64,000 bases of DNA. It comes from Klebsormidium nitens (taxonomy: Eukaryota; Plantae; Klebsormidiophyceae). The stretch covers positions 62,001 to 126,000 of the forward strand of contig DF237114.1 of the NCBI GenBank assembly GCA_000708835.1, in the 5' to 3' direction. A program made the position numbers and the translations under genes. The notes beneath the pieces are model-generated. The model was not told the origin of the DNA and made no database searches. It worked only from the letters and a program-made list of their open reading frames with translations. Shown here one piece after another: positions 50,766 through 63,400 of the stretch. Positions within the stretch are counted from its first letter, which is position 1, and the number at the start of each line of letters is the position of its first letter.

Positions 50766-51091
50766 AAGAGGCACAAAGCAGCCGAACTTTTCTTCGGAAA
50801 AACGGACGCGGACATCGTACGATTTCAATCACCGGGCACATGTTACAGCTACCGGGGAGCCGTTTCAACACTAAAACCCTATGAATATGCCTGCGCCGTT
50901 AGTATTAACCCTAATCGTAGTTCAGTCACAGTAGGGTTGCGCGACCCTAACAAACCGTCACAGGCTTGCCACGTAACCCTAGTGTCACAGGCGATGCCCG
51001 GTCGCTCGTCGGCCGTTCGAGGTCCGATCCCTGACAACCTGCGTCCGCAACATTTTTCCGAAGAAAAGTTCGGCTGCTTTGTCCGTTTTGT
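50766..51091. mobile_element. Candidate Mutator-like MITE (~330 bp; 30-bp internal TIR; 9-11 bp TSD)
   Basis: ACAAAGCAGCCGAACTTTTCTTCGGAAAAA (50773-50802) is inverted at 51052-51081. GCCAGTGAGGC is directly repeated just outside (50755-65 and 51092-102). Confidence 0.6.
50874..50982. promoter_or_regulatory. Cluster of telo-box-like motifs between divergent genes
   Basis: AAACCCTAT 50874, AACCCTAAT 50907, TAGGGTT 50932, ACCCTAA 50944, AACCCTAG 50975; about 500-600 bp upstream of the uL24 ATG. Confidence 0.4.
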
Positions 51092-51491
51092 GCCAGTGAG
51101 GCCCAGGGAAGGCAGGTGGAAGGGGCGCTGCACGGAGAGTTCCGCTTGGTTGGTAAATATGCAAGTCGACGAACGGCGGAAGCAGGTTTGCGACGGAACG
51201 CCGTTCAGTACTCGCGAGTGCTGCAGCCTGCGCTGCCTGCAGGCTGCCGGTTCCGGCGTTCCGCCAGATCGTCTCCGGCCTTGACTCAAGCTGCGCCAGC
51301 ATGGTGGTTGGCGCAGATTAGATTTTGCAAGTTGCACAACTCCTTGGGGCTTGAGCAAAAGAAAATCAGGGAGGAACGATTTTGTCTGAGGTCAGCTTTC
51401 CTCGGCCACAAGTATCTTCCGAGCCTCCCACTCAACGGTCTCTGCATACAGAGGGTCAAAAGGAGCTTCCGTTTCCAACTGGAACGAAAAG

Positions 51492-54189
51492 ATGAGGGGC
51501 CGGGGCCTGCAAGAAATGTTCAAGCGGTGGAAAATCCTGCGGGGAGATAGAGTGAGCCCGTATGCTCTTTGGCATCCGGTCAGGCGTTATGTTGCCCGCA
51601 TAGTATGCTCTTGTTTACTTGAAGTGTGCTGACACCTTCTTTTGACGAGGGTGGTTGTCAGAAAAGGGTGGTTGTCAGGGTTCTTAAACGAGGTGAAGCA
51701 CATTATGGCCACCACTGGCGGAGGACTGGTGATCTTAATTCCTTCTGAAAGTGGAGAAGCCAATCTGTCGGCAAACAAATCAGTCCGTCGCAGAAAGATG
51801 TGTCGCTCTGGACAGTGTGTTTTTAATCATGTGGTGCTAAGCTTCGCTTATTGGATGCCGATTATGGTTGCAGTGACAATGCTCATCCTTCCCAAGCATG
51901 GCAGTTCAGCTTTACTTTGTCTCGTCCTGCACGGTGGTGGTATGTGATTATAGGAAGTGATTACCTCCAACTCTCACATTTGATGTGTTTCTCAGGTAGG
52001 AGACCATAAACAGAGTTTTTAACCTGAAACTATTTACCCCTGATGCAGGTGCGCATCATGACGGGGAAAGACAAAGGGCAGCAAGGCACAGTGATCAGAG
52101 TTTTCCGAGAGAAGAACCGCGTCTTGGTCGAAGGGCAGAACCTGGTAAGTCGTTCTAAATACAGGAAGTGTGATGATATTGAGCACCAGTATGTGACTCC
52201 TGGGGGCTGTAGAGATCCGCTTAGGTCCTCAGGGGGTTGGTTTGCAGACACTCTGAGCTGGCCCTAAATATCTGCCAGTGGGCGTTTTAAAGGAAGTCTT
52301 CAAAAGCTTCCACTTAAAGCCTTTTTGGAGAAAACTTATCTGGAGATTCTAAGCTTTCTGGAAATGTTGTTTGGTTTTGGACAATGTTCTGAATGTCTGT
52401 GAGCTTTCTCAAGTTGCAGTTTCAGTGGACATACACGTCCAAGTCGATTTAGCAAGTGCGCAACTGAAGTGCAGATGCTGATGAAGCCCACCCTTGATGT
52501 GGGGCACACATTCCTTCACCTGATCACAAACTCTGGGCGAGCTTTGTCACCCACAGAGCAAGAGTGTCCTGTGGGGCTTTCAGTATCTGCCCTGGGGTCG
52601 CATAAATGCGATCTTGATCTCTAAAAACGGCCCATTTTGTTTCTTGAATCCGGGCTACGTGGATACCTCCTCGCATGGGGCAACATCGGCCGCACGACTG
52701 AAGAGCAGCCACCACTCCGCTGTAGCTTGCTTGTAAAGAACTCGTTCTCGCTTGACTTGTTTGCAAAATCAGCGTCAAATATATAGCAATCGAGTTTAAG
52801 AGTTCTTGTTCCCATACCTGATGTCTTTGTCAGTATCATTACTCCTCTTTGACTCCATCGCTCAGCCAGTCACTTTGCAGCCTTCTTGGCTTGCATCCAG
52901 GCGCAGAACCTCGTTTCCTGTCTCATCGCCTGGTTCTGTCCGCCCCTTATGCTGACGCTTTTACGCCCTCTCTGCCAGGTTGTAAAGCACATGAAGCCCC
53001 AGGAAGGGAGACCGGGGCAGAAGGTGCTGATCGAGATGCCGGTCCACGTGTCGAATGTACGGTTACTGCATCCGGTCACGGGGTGAGCTTTTCTCGTAGC
53101 CTCCGTTTGAATCAAGCCTTTGCAGCCGTTCCTCAAGTGATCGATTGCTGCGGGGATGCGGTGCTGTGGTAATGAGAGGAAGTTTTGCAACTCGCAGAGA
53201 TTCCGTGGGCTAAGGCGTGGAGTTACTGCATGATTTGATTTGTACTTTCGGATGTGCGCAAACGGCATGTCAGTAGTGGTTTCCGGATCAAGCAGTTTCT
53301 TACAACACCCCTCAACTGACTCCGACTGTCCTTCAAGGCTGATTATTCATCTGCTTTCACACCATCAAATTCCGTCCCATGGGAAACGACGCTTCTGACA
53401 CTTCTTCGTTGTGTTCCAGGGAACCATGCGCGGTAACATGGAAGGCTACAAGGGAACCAATTCCCGGCGCAGTTGACGCAGAGAGAAACCAGAAGTTCCG
53501 GACGGTTAGGGAGCGAATAGTAGCATCTGGTGACCGGACCGGAGAAGACATCCTGGTGCCGCGGCCAGCTGGGTTAGCAGATCGGAAAAAACCCAAACCC
53601 ACGACAGGTCAGCTGCATCCCGGGAGCTCTGTTCGTTTGGACCATTTTTATGGCTCCTGCACGGCGCGCGATCACCGTTTCATGGTCTTTCCACCCCCCT
53701 GGTAACTTTGCTCTGCAATGCTGTCCACGATCTATGTCGCCCAATCACGTAAAACTGGGGGAGATTTGGAATTGGAGCCCTTCCGGGCTAGAGTATGAGT
53801 CGAAAAAGCAGCACAATGCTCAAGCAAGCCTGTTGTGTCCGCTCACCCGTTCACTTCAGCTATCAGACTCATCTTAAAAGAGATTTTTAATCAACGCTGG
53901 CGAAAGTCTCAGCAATGGCAATCTGATCAAAGAGTGCGTAGATACTTGAGTGACGTTAGCAAACCAACCTTTCCCATGCTTTGCAGCCGGGCTAAAGGAC
54001 ACCCCCCGAGAAGCGGTTCGAGAGCGGACATTCGATCCTAGTAGTGGCATTGGCGGCTTGCCCCCTTTAGAAGAGCTCCTAGATAAGCTGAATATCAGGC
54101 CGCACTTGCGGGAAGGAACCGCTCAGTATCTAGTGCGGGAGGAACAGCGACGCGGGCAGGAGCGGGAAAGACGGAGAGTGAGTCGATGA
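51492..54189 (+). CDS. RPL24: Mitochondrial-type ribosomal protein uL24 (KOW), 216 aa, 5 exons
   Basis: Exons 51492-51551, 52049-52144, 52979-53082, 53420-53607 and 53987-54189 give MRGRGLQEMFKRWKILRGDR|VRIMTGKDKGQQGTVIRVFREKNRVLVEGQNL|VVKHMKPQEG...EMPVHVSNVRLLHPVTG|EPC...PRPAGLADRKKPKPTT|AGLKDTP... The KOW motif and the PTTAGxKDTP tail are typical of plant mitochondrial uL24. Confidence 0.92.
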
Positions 54190-54808
54190 TGGAGAGAACG
54201 GAACGAACACACGGATTGGAATCAGATGTCGTTGTGTAGGGAGCTTGTGGACACTTTTGGATACATGGAAGACGAGAAAGGAAGCACGTTATGAACAGCT
54301 ATGATCGACCAATTGTGAACCGGAGCTTGCTGCTCAAGCCTCGTGTTTGTATGTGTTGAAACACCCCAAGATGCTCTGATATGGCGGGCTTGGCAAACAC
54401 TGCTGCTTAAAGAATGTACCAGGGCATCGGTATGGGTGCTCATGGCTTAGGTGCTCGGTACTTACTGGGAGTTGTTCTGCATGAATATCCAGAGTTGTGC
54501 ACACAAATTGTGCATTTGTGAGTACCGTACTAGGCCTTTGGGTCACGAATATGGCTGCATCCTGCACCAACAGAGACGTTTGATCCCAAGCTATTGCCGG
54601 CCACCATGATGGACTTGCGATAGTCAAGCTCGCCCTCAATGTACCGTGCAGCTGGCATTTTCTTTCATTTCCAATATCGGGTTCAAGCACTAGGCTGGTG
54701 TCCAGCTGAATTGAAACGACATTCAAAAGCATTCATCAGGTTCATGAATCAGGACGTTTCGTGTGACATGGTGACATGGTGCTTTCTGTTCAATGCATGA
54801 TGGAAGAA

Positions 54809-55773
54809 CACGGGACATTTATGGGGCGACTTCGGTACCTAGGTATGGTCCGAAAACTCCCCGGTACGACCCAGGTATTACCTAGTTTTCGCCGGTCCGT
54901 CGCCGGTTTTCGGCCAGTTTTGCGGAGGTTTCAAAACCGCCGGCCGGAGGTCACGGGTAAGAATATTGTGCTAGCACCCAGGTAACACCTAGGAAAATTT
55001 CACGAATACCTAGGTATAACCTGAGGGCCTAGGTATTTTTAGTGCAATAAATAAATATCGTTTATACACCCAAAACCTAACCAGAACACCTTAGGCGGAG
55101 TTCTCCTTTGCATGGCAATCAACCCTATGGCTGGACAATCGAAAACCCTATTCGGATGGACCCAAAAGTCTTAGGAACTCTCTCCTATATATAGGTTTGT
55201 GGAAGCCATTGCGCTTGCTTTTAAATCTTAGTGTAAAAGCGCCATAGCTCCAAAGTCTCCTCACTCATAAACTTGGCTTCTTCCCCTTCTAATTGAAAGG
55301 AGAAGGCCTTGTCCTAAGAGTAGCCAGCAACGAGCGAACTCAGAAGCTGTCCCCGCAGCGCCCAACGAATCTCCGACGGGGCCCTTTCGGGTCATCTCCG
55401 TACGGTACAATTCGAAATTGCCATGTGATCACTCCTTGCTTTGACAGCCAATCGACACAAAACTCCGTTGCTGATCGACGGTTGCGATCATTGCATAATT
55501 TAGTTCGTACGGCGGTATGGTACCATGTTGCAAGGTACCCTTTTTTGGTATACATGGCTAGGTACCGGGGTTCATGCTGGTGCGGCTCGGTGACATGGGT
55601 CGAACGGCCAAGTCCGTACCTAGGTCCTACCTAGGTGAAACCTCGTTCAGACCGGGCGGCCGGAGGTGGAAATTGGTTTGAACCGGTCGGTATTGGGCAG
55701 GTTTACCGCCGGAGTACCGCGGTATTGCCGCGGTATCCGACCTACCCCCAAGTTGCACCCTAAATGTCCCGTG
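54809..55773. mobile_element. Non-autonomous CAC...GTG element (CACTA/Mirage/Chapaev-type), 965 bp
   Basis: The TIR CACGGGACATTTA is perfect over 13 bp and 23/27 overall. AA flanks both ends. Many subterminal ACCTAGG copies and a CGGCCGGAGGT direct repeat. No transposase ORF. Confidence 0.7.
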
Positions 55774-56475
55774 AAAGTCACGGTGCCATTGCTCCGGCCA
55801 TTGGTCGCATGGCAGCTGGTCGGGTTATGCATAACGACAACGCTAACGGCACATGTTAACCATGTCCAGAGTCTGACGTGCAGCTGAGGAATAGCACCTT
55901 GACACGTTGCACAGGTGCGTACCGGGCGTTGACCGATGCCATCGGTCCGGTTCATGGACGTGGCGACTCACGTGGAGCGACCGGCCGCACGAGGGACGCC
56001 TTCGTCGATGGTTCGAAAAGCTGCACACGTCGAATGCAGAAGCGCCTGGAGGTGCAGGAACGCGGACCGACGCGTAAAACATAATCGATTTTCGAAAGTG
56101 TGCGCTCGTGCTGGAAAAATCTCGATCTGTGTCGGAGGTCAACAGACAAATTTCAAATTCTAGCAGCTGTGCAGGGCGCCTTCCTAGACCTTGTCGGGCG
56201 CGAGGGGTTGCCCTGCACGTAGGTAGAAGAGCTCGTCAGAAGAGGGTCAAAAGGGCTTTATATCTTGTTCTACATCCGTTTTCCTTCATCGTGTCGGTGG
56301 ATGTTTGTGGGGGGTGGATAAAAGCAGCATAGAAGAAGGTTTGCTTGTTTTAGGAGGGGCGACGTCAGCCAGAAGCGAGCAGCGCCAGGTGCATAGCTTT
56401 TGCAGTCAATCTTACAGGTATTGTGTTTGTGAAAAGGTATTCACCTCTTCTTGAGGGTATCTGCATCTTCTAGAT

Positions 56476-58799
56476 ATGGAGGCAACTGCGGCGGGGTCGG
56501 CTCTGGCGGGGCACTCTTTAGCGGGCGGCCTTGCTCTGCAGAGATCCAAGTCTTGCTCCAAGCCCCATGTTGTTGGCACCAGCGCTTCTAGCAGGAGTGT
56601 AGTCTTCCCCCATTATAGTGCTCGCCCCGCATCCTTAGAGGCGAGGCAACTCTCCTCCAAACTTGCATCGTCTAGCACCCTCATTCAGCAGGCCGAAGCA
56701 TTCCAAATAGGACGGCCCCAAATAGGACGGCCCCAAGGAAAGCGCGGAGCAAAGGTCGTTGCTCTCGCGGGAGAATTGGAAGAGGCGTTTGCGGCTAACA
56801 AGATTGCACGGGGCTGGTCGACAGAGCAGCTCGTCTTTCCTGTGGTTGAGGAGAACAGAGCAGACGACAAGTGGCTGCAGAACCCCTTGTTGAGGCTGGA
56901 GAGGTTTGGCGTGGGTTGGTTTGGGATCATTCTTGATTGGGAGGGAGTCCTGGTGGATGAGGATCCAAAGATTGAGAGGCAGGTGTGGGAGGCGCTTGCA
57001 GAAGAGGAGGGGCGGTCTCTACCCCCTGCTTGGCTCTTGAGGAGAGCTGAAGGGATGAAGACAGAGCAGGTGGTTGCGGAGGTGCTTTGCTGGACGCGGG
57101 ACCCCATGCAGGTGAGTCAAGCTTCTTGGATGTGTGTTTACGAGCTCTTGAAGCTGCTGAAGAAGGGGAGGAGGGTTGGAGGGTTGGATCCACTTTTGAA
57201 GAGCTCTTGAAGATGCTCAGAAGGCTGGGATGTGACGAGAGAAGGTGTTAAACTTTCTATGATATGCAGAAGGTTTGGGAAGATTGTGGGTCAAATCAAA
57301 ATGTCTCTGGTTATTTGTGAACTTATCTTGCTGCAGAGCAGGTCACGGTTGCAAGTTGGTTCGAGTGTCCCCCAAACGTGCAGAGCAATCGGCGATTGCA
57401 TCCAGTTTTTGCCTGGAAGCCTGGAAGACACCTGCTACAGCGTCTTTTGGCTCGAAACAGGCTTGAAATCTGGTTTCTGGTCTAGGTTTTGGTGTTGCTT
57501 CAGCAGCTACTTCGTTCTCTCTTGAGGTCGCAGTTTTTCAGAGAAGCATTTCAAATGCAGAAACTGCTGGTTGCTGGACTTGCTTGATGGTACTTCGGTA
57601 TACATCCATCTACCGTAGTGCGTCTCTGTCTTCTGGTCTGCAACTTTGTTGCCTGTACACATGTTACACAGCCCATATTTGCGCCTACTTTCACCTCTCG
57701 CTTCTTATCTGCTGCATTCTACAAGAGTCCTGTCCTGCAAACTTCTGATCATACCTCTTCAATTTTGGGGAGGGTGTTTCTACAAGGTCAATGCTGATCA
57801 TGTTTTATAAGGTCTAACTGCAAGCATGGAAGCACGCATAATATGTTGTCTTGTTGGTCTTGGTGCAAGTTTGCTGCACTGTAAAGAATATCAATTTCCT
57901 TTGGTCGCACCTTATCCATCTCTTAGGGTTCTACCAGCTCTTCAAGTCACATTCGCCTTCCTAAGGGCTCTCGAGTCTTAGGCTTCTGTGGTATGAGGTT
58001 TACCATTTTCCAAGTCTTTGAAGTGGAACGGATCTGAGCAGACAGATTCCCTTTTTGCACAGATGCTTCTCCTCCTGCCCTGCGTTAAGTGCAATTTATA
58101 TGTAATGAGTACATGCGCCCAAAAGGTGACCCTTCGCATCATCTAGGAACGAAACGCTGGCAACAGACGCCCTGGTCTGATAAAATCCTGACTGTTCAGG
58201 GGGTGTCCTTCATTGCTGACCTTGACAATCTTGTTCTGCAGGTCCGACGAATTGCGCGGCGGCAAGAGCACCTTTTCCAAGAGGCTGCCGGGGGCCAGTT
58301 CACCCTCATGCCCGGCGTGCGGCACTTCCTTGACACCGTCAAGAAGTATGGCGCACCCATGGCGCTCAGCACGACGAGGCCCCGCGAGTACGTCGAGCAG
58401 GGCCTCTCGCAACTAGGGCTGCAAGAGTACTTCGACGCAATCATCGCGCCAGACGATGTCGCCCGGGGAAAGCCTGACCCGGAGATGTACTCTTACGCCG
58501 CGCAGGCAATTGGTAGGATACCGTCAAGGTGTGTTGTGATCGGGAGTGTGAACGCGTGCACGGAGGCGGCGCATGACGCTGGGATGAAGGCGATCTCGGT
58601 CGCAAGTAGACACATGGTCTGGGAGCTGAGCGCGGCAGATTCAGTTGTCCGGAGTTTGTCAGATCTGGACATCAGGGGGCTGAAGTTGATCATCTCTCAG
58701 GAGCAGCCGCAGCTGCAACTAGAGATGGAGATGGAAGAGGAGATGGAGGAGCCAGAGGCGGAGCCCGAGAGCAGGATTGGGTTCAGCGACGACTGGTAG
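56476..58799 (+). CDS. PYRP2: Plastid HAD-family phosphatase, ortholog-like of Arabidopsis At4g11570 (ARPP phosphatase, riboflavin pathway), 397 aa, 2 exons
   Basis: Exons 56476-57111 and 58242-58799. Ser/Ala-rich transit peptide, then NPLLRLERFGVGWFGIILDWEGVLVDE...GMKTEQ...LCWTRDPMQ|VRRIARR...PMALSTTRPR...GKPDPEMY...EAAHDAGMK...WELSAADSVVRSL. Confidence 0.9.
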
Positions 58800-60495
58800 C
58801 AGTAAGACAGGATTGGGGGTGGCTGGAAGTGCTTGCAAGCTCCTCAGGTGGAGCTTGTCATAACCAGACGGGGATGGTGCTGACTGGTAATGGCAGGGCG
58901 TGAGGAAGGAAGGTGGTAAATTGGTGGTGCTCAGCTTTGTGCGGAGATAGTTGGGGCGCCGGGAATGTGCTAGGGGGATGGATGTCCAGAATCTGAGCTA
59001 AGCTGGCTCAAATCTGGCTGGACAAAGGACCGTGTTGGTGGAGAACGGGTGGATAGAAGGACTACAGCAGCGGAGAGTCCTTATGTTGTAAGTTAGTGGG
59101 AAAAGCTTTCTTGGGGCACCGCATGGAGGATTGATCTGCAATAAACGCAGGTTGTCTTTGTGATGTTAGCCGCTTGAATAGTGACCTGCATTGGGAAAAA
59201 GCAAGGCAGGTGGCTCATATTTGCTGAGAGCGTGTTGATTTGCACCGCAGTTACCATTGGCTCCATAGGTCAGATTGTTTGTACATATCGACGGTGCATT
59301 AGATAAGACAATTGGCAGGGAACATTCATTGCCAGGTCTGACATGAATCTGCTGGACCTTTGTAAAGATTGTTCTGAATTGCTCTTTGTTATTGTTCATC
59401 ATCCATGCTGGTTCTTTGAAAAGGTCTTCTCTTTTTGGATCTACTCATTTGATGTTATACTCCCTTGCAAGATCTGGCCACACAATCCTGCTTTAGATTG
59501 CCTTGTTGCTTCATTGCTTGTAATTATGAAGGCGCTTTGTCACTTGTTCTGCATGTTGTTGACAATCATTTGTTGCAATGCATGTAGCCCCTTGCATTCA
59601 GTGAATATTTTGCAGCTAAGATTGACACTGAGCTAGCGTGGGTTGACAATCCAGTGGACGGCGCGCAAAATGTTCGCCAAAGAGATACAACTGGAATTCT
59701 CGAATCTGTCGGGTGTGCGGAGCTATAGCTAGAGTAGCACCATCATGTGCCAGCAGCTAGGCTGCATGCAATTCAGGTTGCATGCATGGCTTGTAAGCTA
59801 GCTGGCCCAGTGCATTTGAGGACGAACATGCTTATATAAACCGCATGTGTACCGTCAGCTATATACACACATTGAACTGCTTATACCATGCACCGCCTGG
59901 CAAACGTGACATGGCACGCGCGTGGCACTGCAACCTTACAGAGTTCCAAGCATGCACTGGTTTGGCATCGAAAAAACCAGTTTTTCTGCAAGCTCTTCAT
60001 GCATTATGGTAGCAGCCGTGTGCACCTAGCCATGTGCTTCAGTGGACCGTCAGTTTCTTGACCTTTGTGAGCATGTCAGCAGTGCGGCCACCGCCGGGCC
60101 CTATACATCGTAAGGGCCGCCCGTTATGCAACTTCATCGTGATTCATGCGCAATGATGCTAGGACTCTTGAACATTCCAAAGGGCGAGCACTACAGTGTG
60201 CAGAAAAGCGTGCCTTACAGCGGTGCCACAGAACGTACTCTCGCCCACAAGTCCGCAGCCCTCCTTGCTATCAGTCAGCCTGCTGTATACACGACCGTCA
60301 TGACCGAGCGACCGCCCACTCGCTCTCGCTCCTAAGGACCGTCCACCTTGTCACCCCTTCCTTACAGCTTCTTCCAGGCAACGTGCAAGTCCTAGGGTCA
60401 GCCAATCTCATATGCTCCCACTCGACACCAGACTTGACTTATATCCTCTAAGAGTGGCAGGTTGCTCGGAATCCACTCCCTTCAGACCCGGGCTT

Positions 60496-63400
60496 CTACC
60501 ACACTGCCCTCTTCCCCGCACCCTCGTGGAACTGCTTCGTCTGCCACCCCTGCCGCTTGACCTCGTCCAGGAACGACGGCAGCTTCGATCCTAGCTTTTT
60601 GTACGCCGTTTTCACCTGACCCGTCGGGTCGCTTGCCTTCTCGCCCTTTTGAGCGTCATCCGCAACATAAGCCGCCAGCAGCCAGCCCCTGCGGAGAGAA
60701 TCAGCTCGCGTTATGTGAGGAATTGTTTATGCTTTTGATGGCTCAGTTTCGTTTTGTATGCAGCTTTAACCAGTTGGTGGGTCATTCGCTGTCTGGCCCT
60801 TCTGAGCGGCGTTTTGCAAAACAACCCGCCAGAAACCAGCCTCTGCGTACAACGGAACGACCAACCTTTCGAGAAACTTTCAAGGATCAATAACGACACA
60901 ACGATAAGCCGTGATGGAAGTTCCACGAGACAAAACAAAACCGGTCAGTGAAGCGCGACCACTCCAGATGGTCCGGGTGCTCGTTAAAGCTTGCACTGCT
61001 TTGAAAGGGGTTTGACAAAAGGATGTAAGATGCCCTAAAAAGGCCTTAGCACGAGGCAACTTCCTGAGGATTCGAAATGTAAGGCGCTCTCTACTTAGGA
61101 GCTTCTCTAACCGGGAAATCAACCTCCGACCACGTGTTCGGTGGATCGAAAAGGTGGTCGTGACCTCTGAAGCCGTCTTCCAGAACTTCTCTCGACCGCT
61201 CTCAGTACAGAATCTGTCCGTCGGTCCATTGTTTGAGCACTCCACCACTGTAGCGCTCTGCTTTCGCATGTGTCGGCTTTCAAGACATGACTGAAATCAA
61301 CTGAAAAGTTTGCCAGCTGACGGCTGAAGCACAACCTCTTGATTCCGAAACCGAAGTACATCCAACGTTTTGAATCAAAATTAATCGCAAACATCCAAAC
61401 AACAGCTCACTTGAGAGCGTCTTCCCCGGTCGCATCCCGGTGCAGCACCATGTCCGCGTGCCCGTCCCCATTCACATTCAGCAGAAAGCGCTCGTTCTTG
61501 AACGTCTGCCGCAGCTTCGCGAAGTCTTTCGGACTGCGGACGGCCGTACGGAGCGGAGCCCCAACGCGGACGCCCCCGGCCGCCAGGTTGATGCCCGGGG
61601 GAAGGAGCAGCTTCTCGCGGTAGCGCAACTGTTTAAAAGGAGTAAGGAGTGCTTCACTTAGTCTGCGACTTTCAATTTCGACTTGTCTTGCAGCGTTCTG
61701 CGCTAGCTGCACCTGGCTTTCTGCTAAAATGTATCGAAGTCGGATTGAATCTCGTGGTAGCGCAACTGTGAGAAGTAGATCGGACTGCTTCACTCCGTCT
61801 TCGTCGTCTGGTCTTATTCCTATCCTTCAGTATGTTGGCGTGGGTGTACCTGACTTTCTGCTCGAGTGTATCAAAGTCAAGGGTTCGTTACTGTGGCAGC
61901 CTTACGGCGCCCTTAATCACCGCACTCCCTCTGCTTTCATGCGGCTGCCAATCTGAGGCCTAAGAAACACCGATCTGGTAGAATCACGTAAGACGACGGA
62001 CGAGAGGGAACCGATTGCGAGTGGAGATGTACCACACGAGGGTAGATGAGCGGGATAGCACGTTGTTTGGGAAGTGGCGCAAGACTGACCAAGAGGGCAG
62101 AGAGGCGGCATATAAAGAAGCTGAAAGCTTGTGACCAACAAATGAGGGCATACTGACAGCGAGGACCTTAAAATTCAAAAACGAGAAAAGCACAGGGTTC
62201 TAAAAGCACAGGATTCCCTCTATTGCAGTGCCTATGCTTGCCTAGAAGGACGTAGCGAGGAAGTAGGACAGTGTAGCGACCGTTCAGAGTAGAATGGTTT
62301 TGTCAGAGAGCATCAGAGCACTTTCACGTCCGACGAAGCAACTCATAGAGGAGAAGAAAGAAAGAAGCAAAGAATGGCAAACGAGGGAGAGTAATCACAG
62401 GAGGCGAGAGCATATTATGCACACTAGCAGCGAGACGTGAACCAATTGAAGCTCAAAAAGACAACCTGCGTTTACGCCAAAACGTAAGCAACATTAACTG
62501 CCAAATCCGCCACGAAAGGAGACTTGCGTTTTCAAGAAAACGACAGTAATTATGACGAGAAAGAATTTTATTTTAGGACTTGTCGATACGCGACATTGGA
62601 GCGGCACTTTACCTCGGGCGGGGAGCGGACGACGCCGTGCTTGACGAAGAAACATTCTTCTCAAAGAGAACAAACAGTACTGATGACGAGCCAGACAAAC
62701 AATCTTGGAAACTTGTCTTAACACGCAAGATCCGGGCGGATCTCTCACCTCGGGCGGGGAGCGCACGACGCCGTGCTTGACGAAGTCCTCGACGAGCAGT
62801 GCGGTCCTCTGCGCGTTCAGGAAGTTCATGGGCGCGGCGCGCATCTCCTGGGCAACGCAAAACACGTGGAGCCCGGAGAGGAACGGAAACGCGAGCAGCT
62901 GCGGAATGGCGGGACGGGAAGGAGCGCGGGTTAGGAATAACGGGTCAGCGCAATTATAGCGACTATGGAGAGGGGGTTGTCAAGATGGTTTGTAGCGAAC
63001 CCGGAAAGGAAAGATAACGCGAGCAGCTGAGGAGCGCCGGCGAGGGGCGGGTTCGGGGTATTGCGTCAGAGAGAGAGCCGAGCAAACTTGGGAATCGGGG
63101 TGCGCTTTTCTAAAAATGGTTGAGAGCGACTTCTAGAGACTCTCGAGAACGGGAACAGTGGCGAAAAATGTCCGAGCATAGTAGAAGAGTAAAGGAAAAC
63201 GGGAAGCAGCTGCGCAAGGGGGAACGGACTCAGAACTATTGCTGTTAGGGCAGACTCAGAGAGGGGGAGAGAAGTTTGCGATCGTGGGGCACGGGGTAGG
63301 ATACAAGTGCCGCACATACAAAACCTACGAAATACGGGATACATTATCCATCCCTTGCCCTTTGAGGAGGCGCAGATCAATCCCGAGTCATCTGCCACTT

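Noticed and set aside
50368-51358. 217-aa minus-strand ORF restored by removing the 337-bp insertion
   Set aside because: The in-frame join has about a 1-in-3 chance, the frame has no ATG, and the product resembles no protein I know.
61119-61793. TGA read-through (selenocysteine) joining two same-frame minus-strand ORFs
   Set aside because: The TGA at 61407-09 is part of the GTGAG splice donor of the RUS6 exon, and the spliced product matches RUS6.
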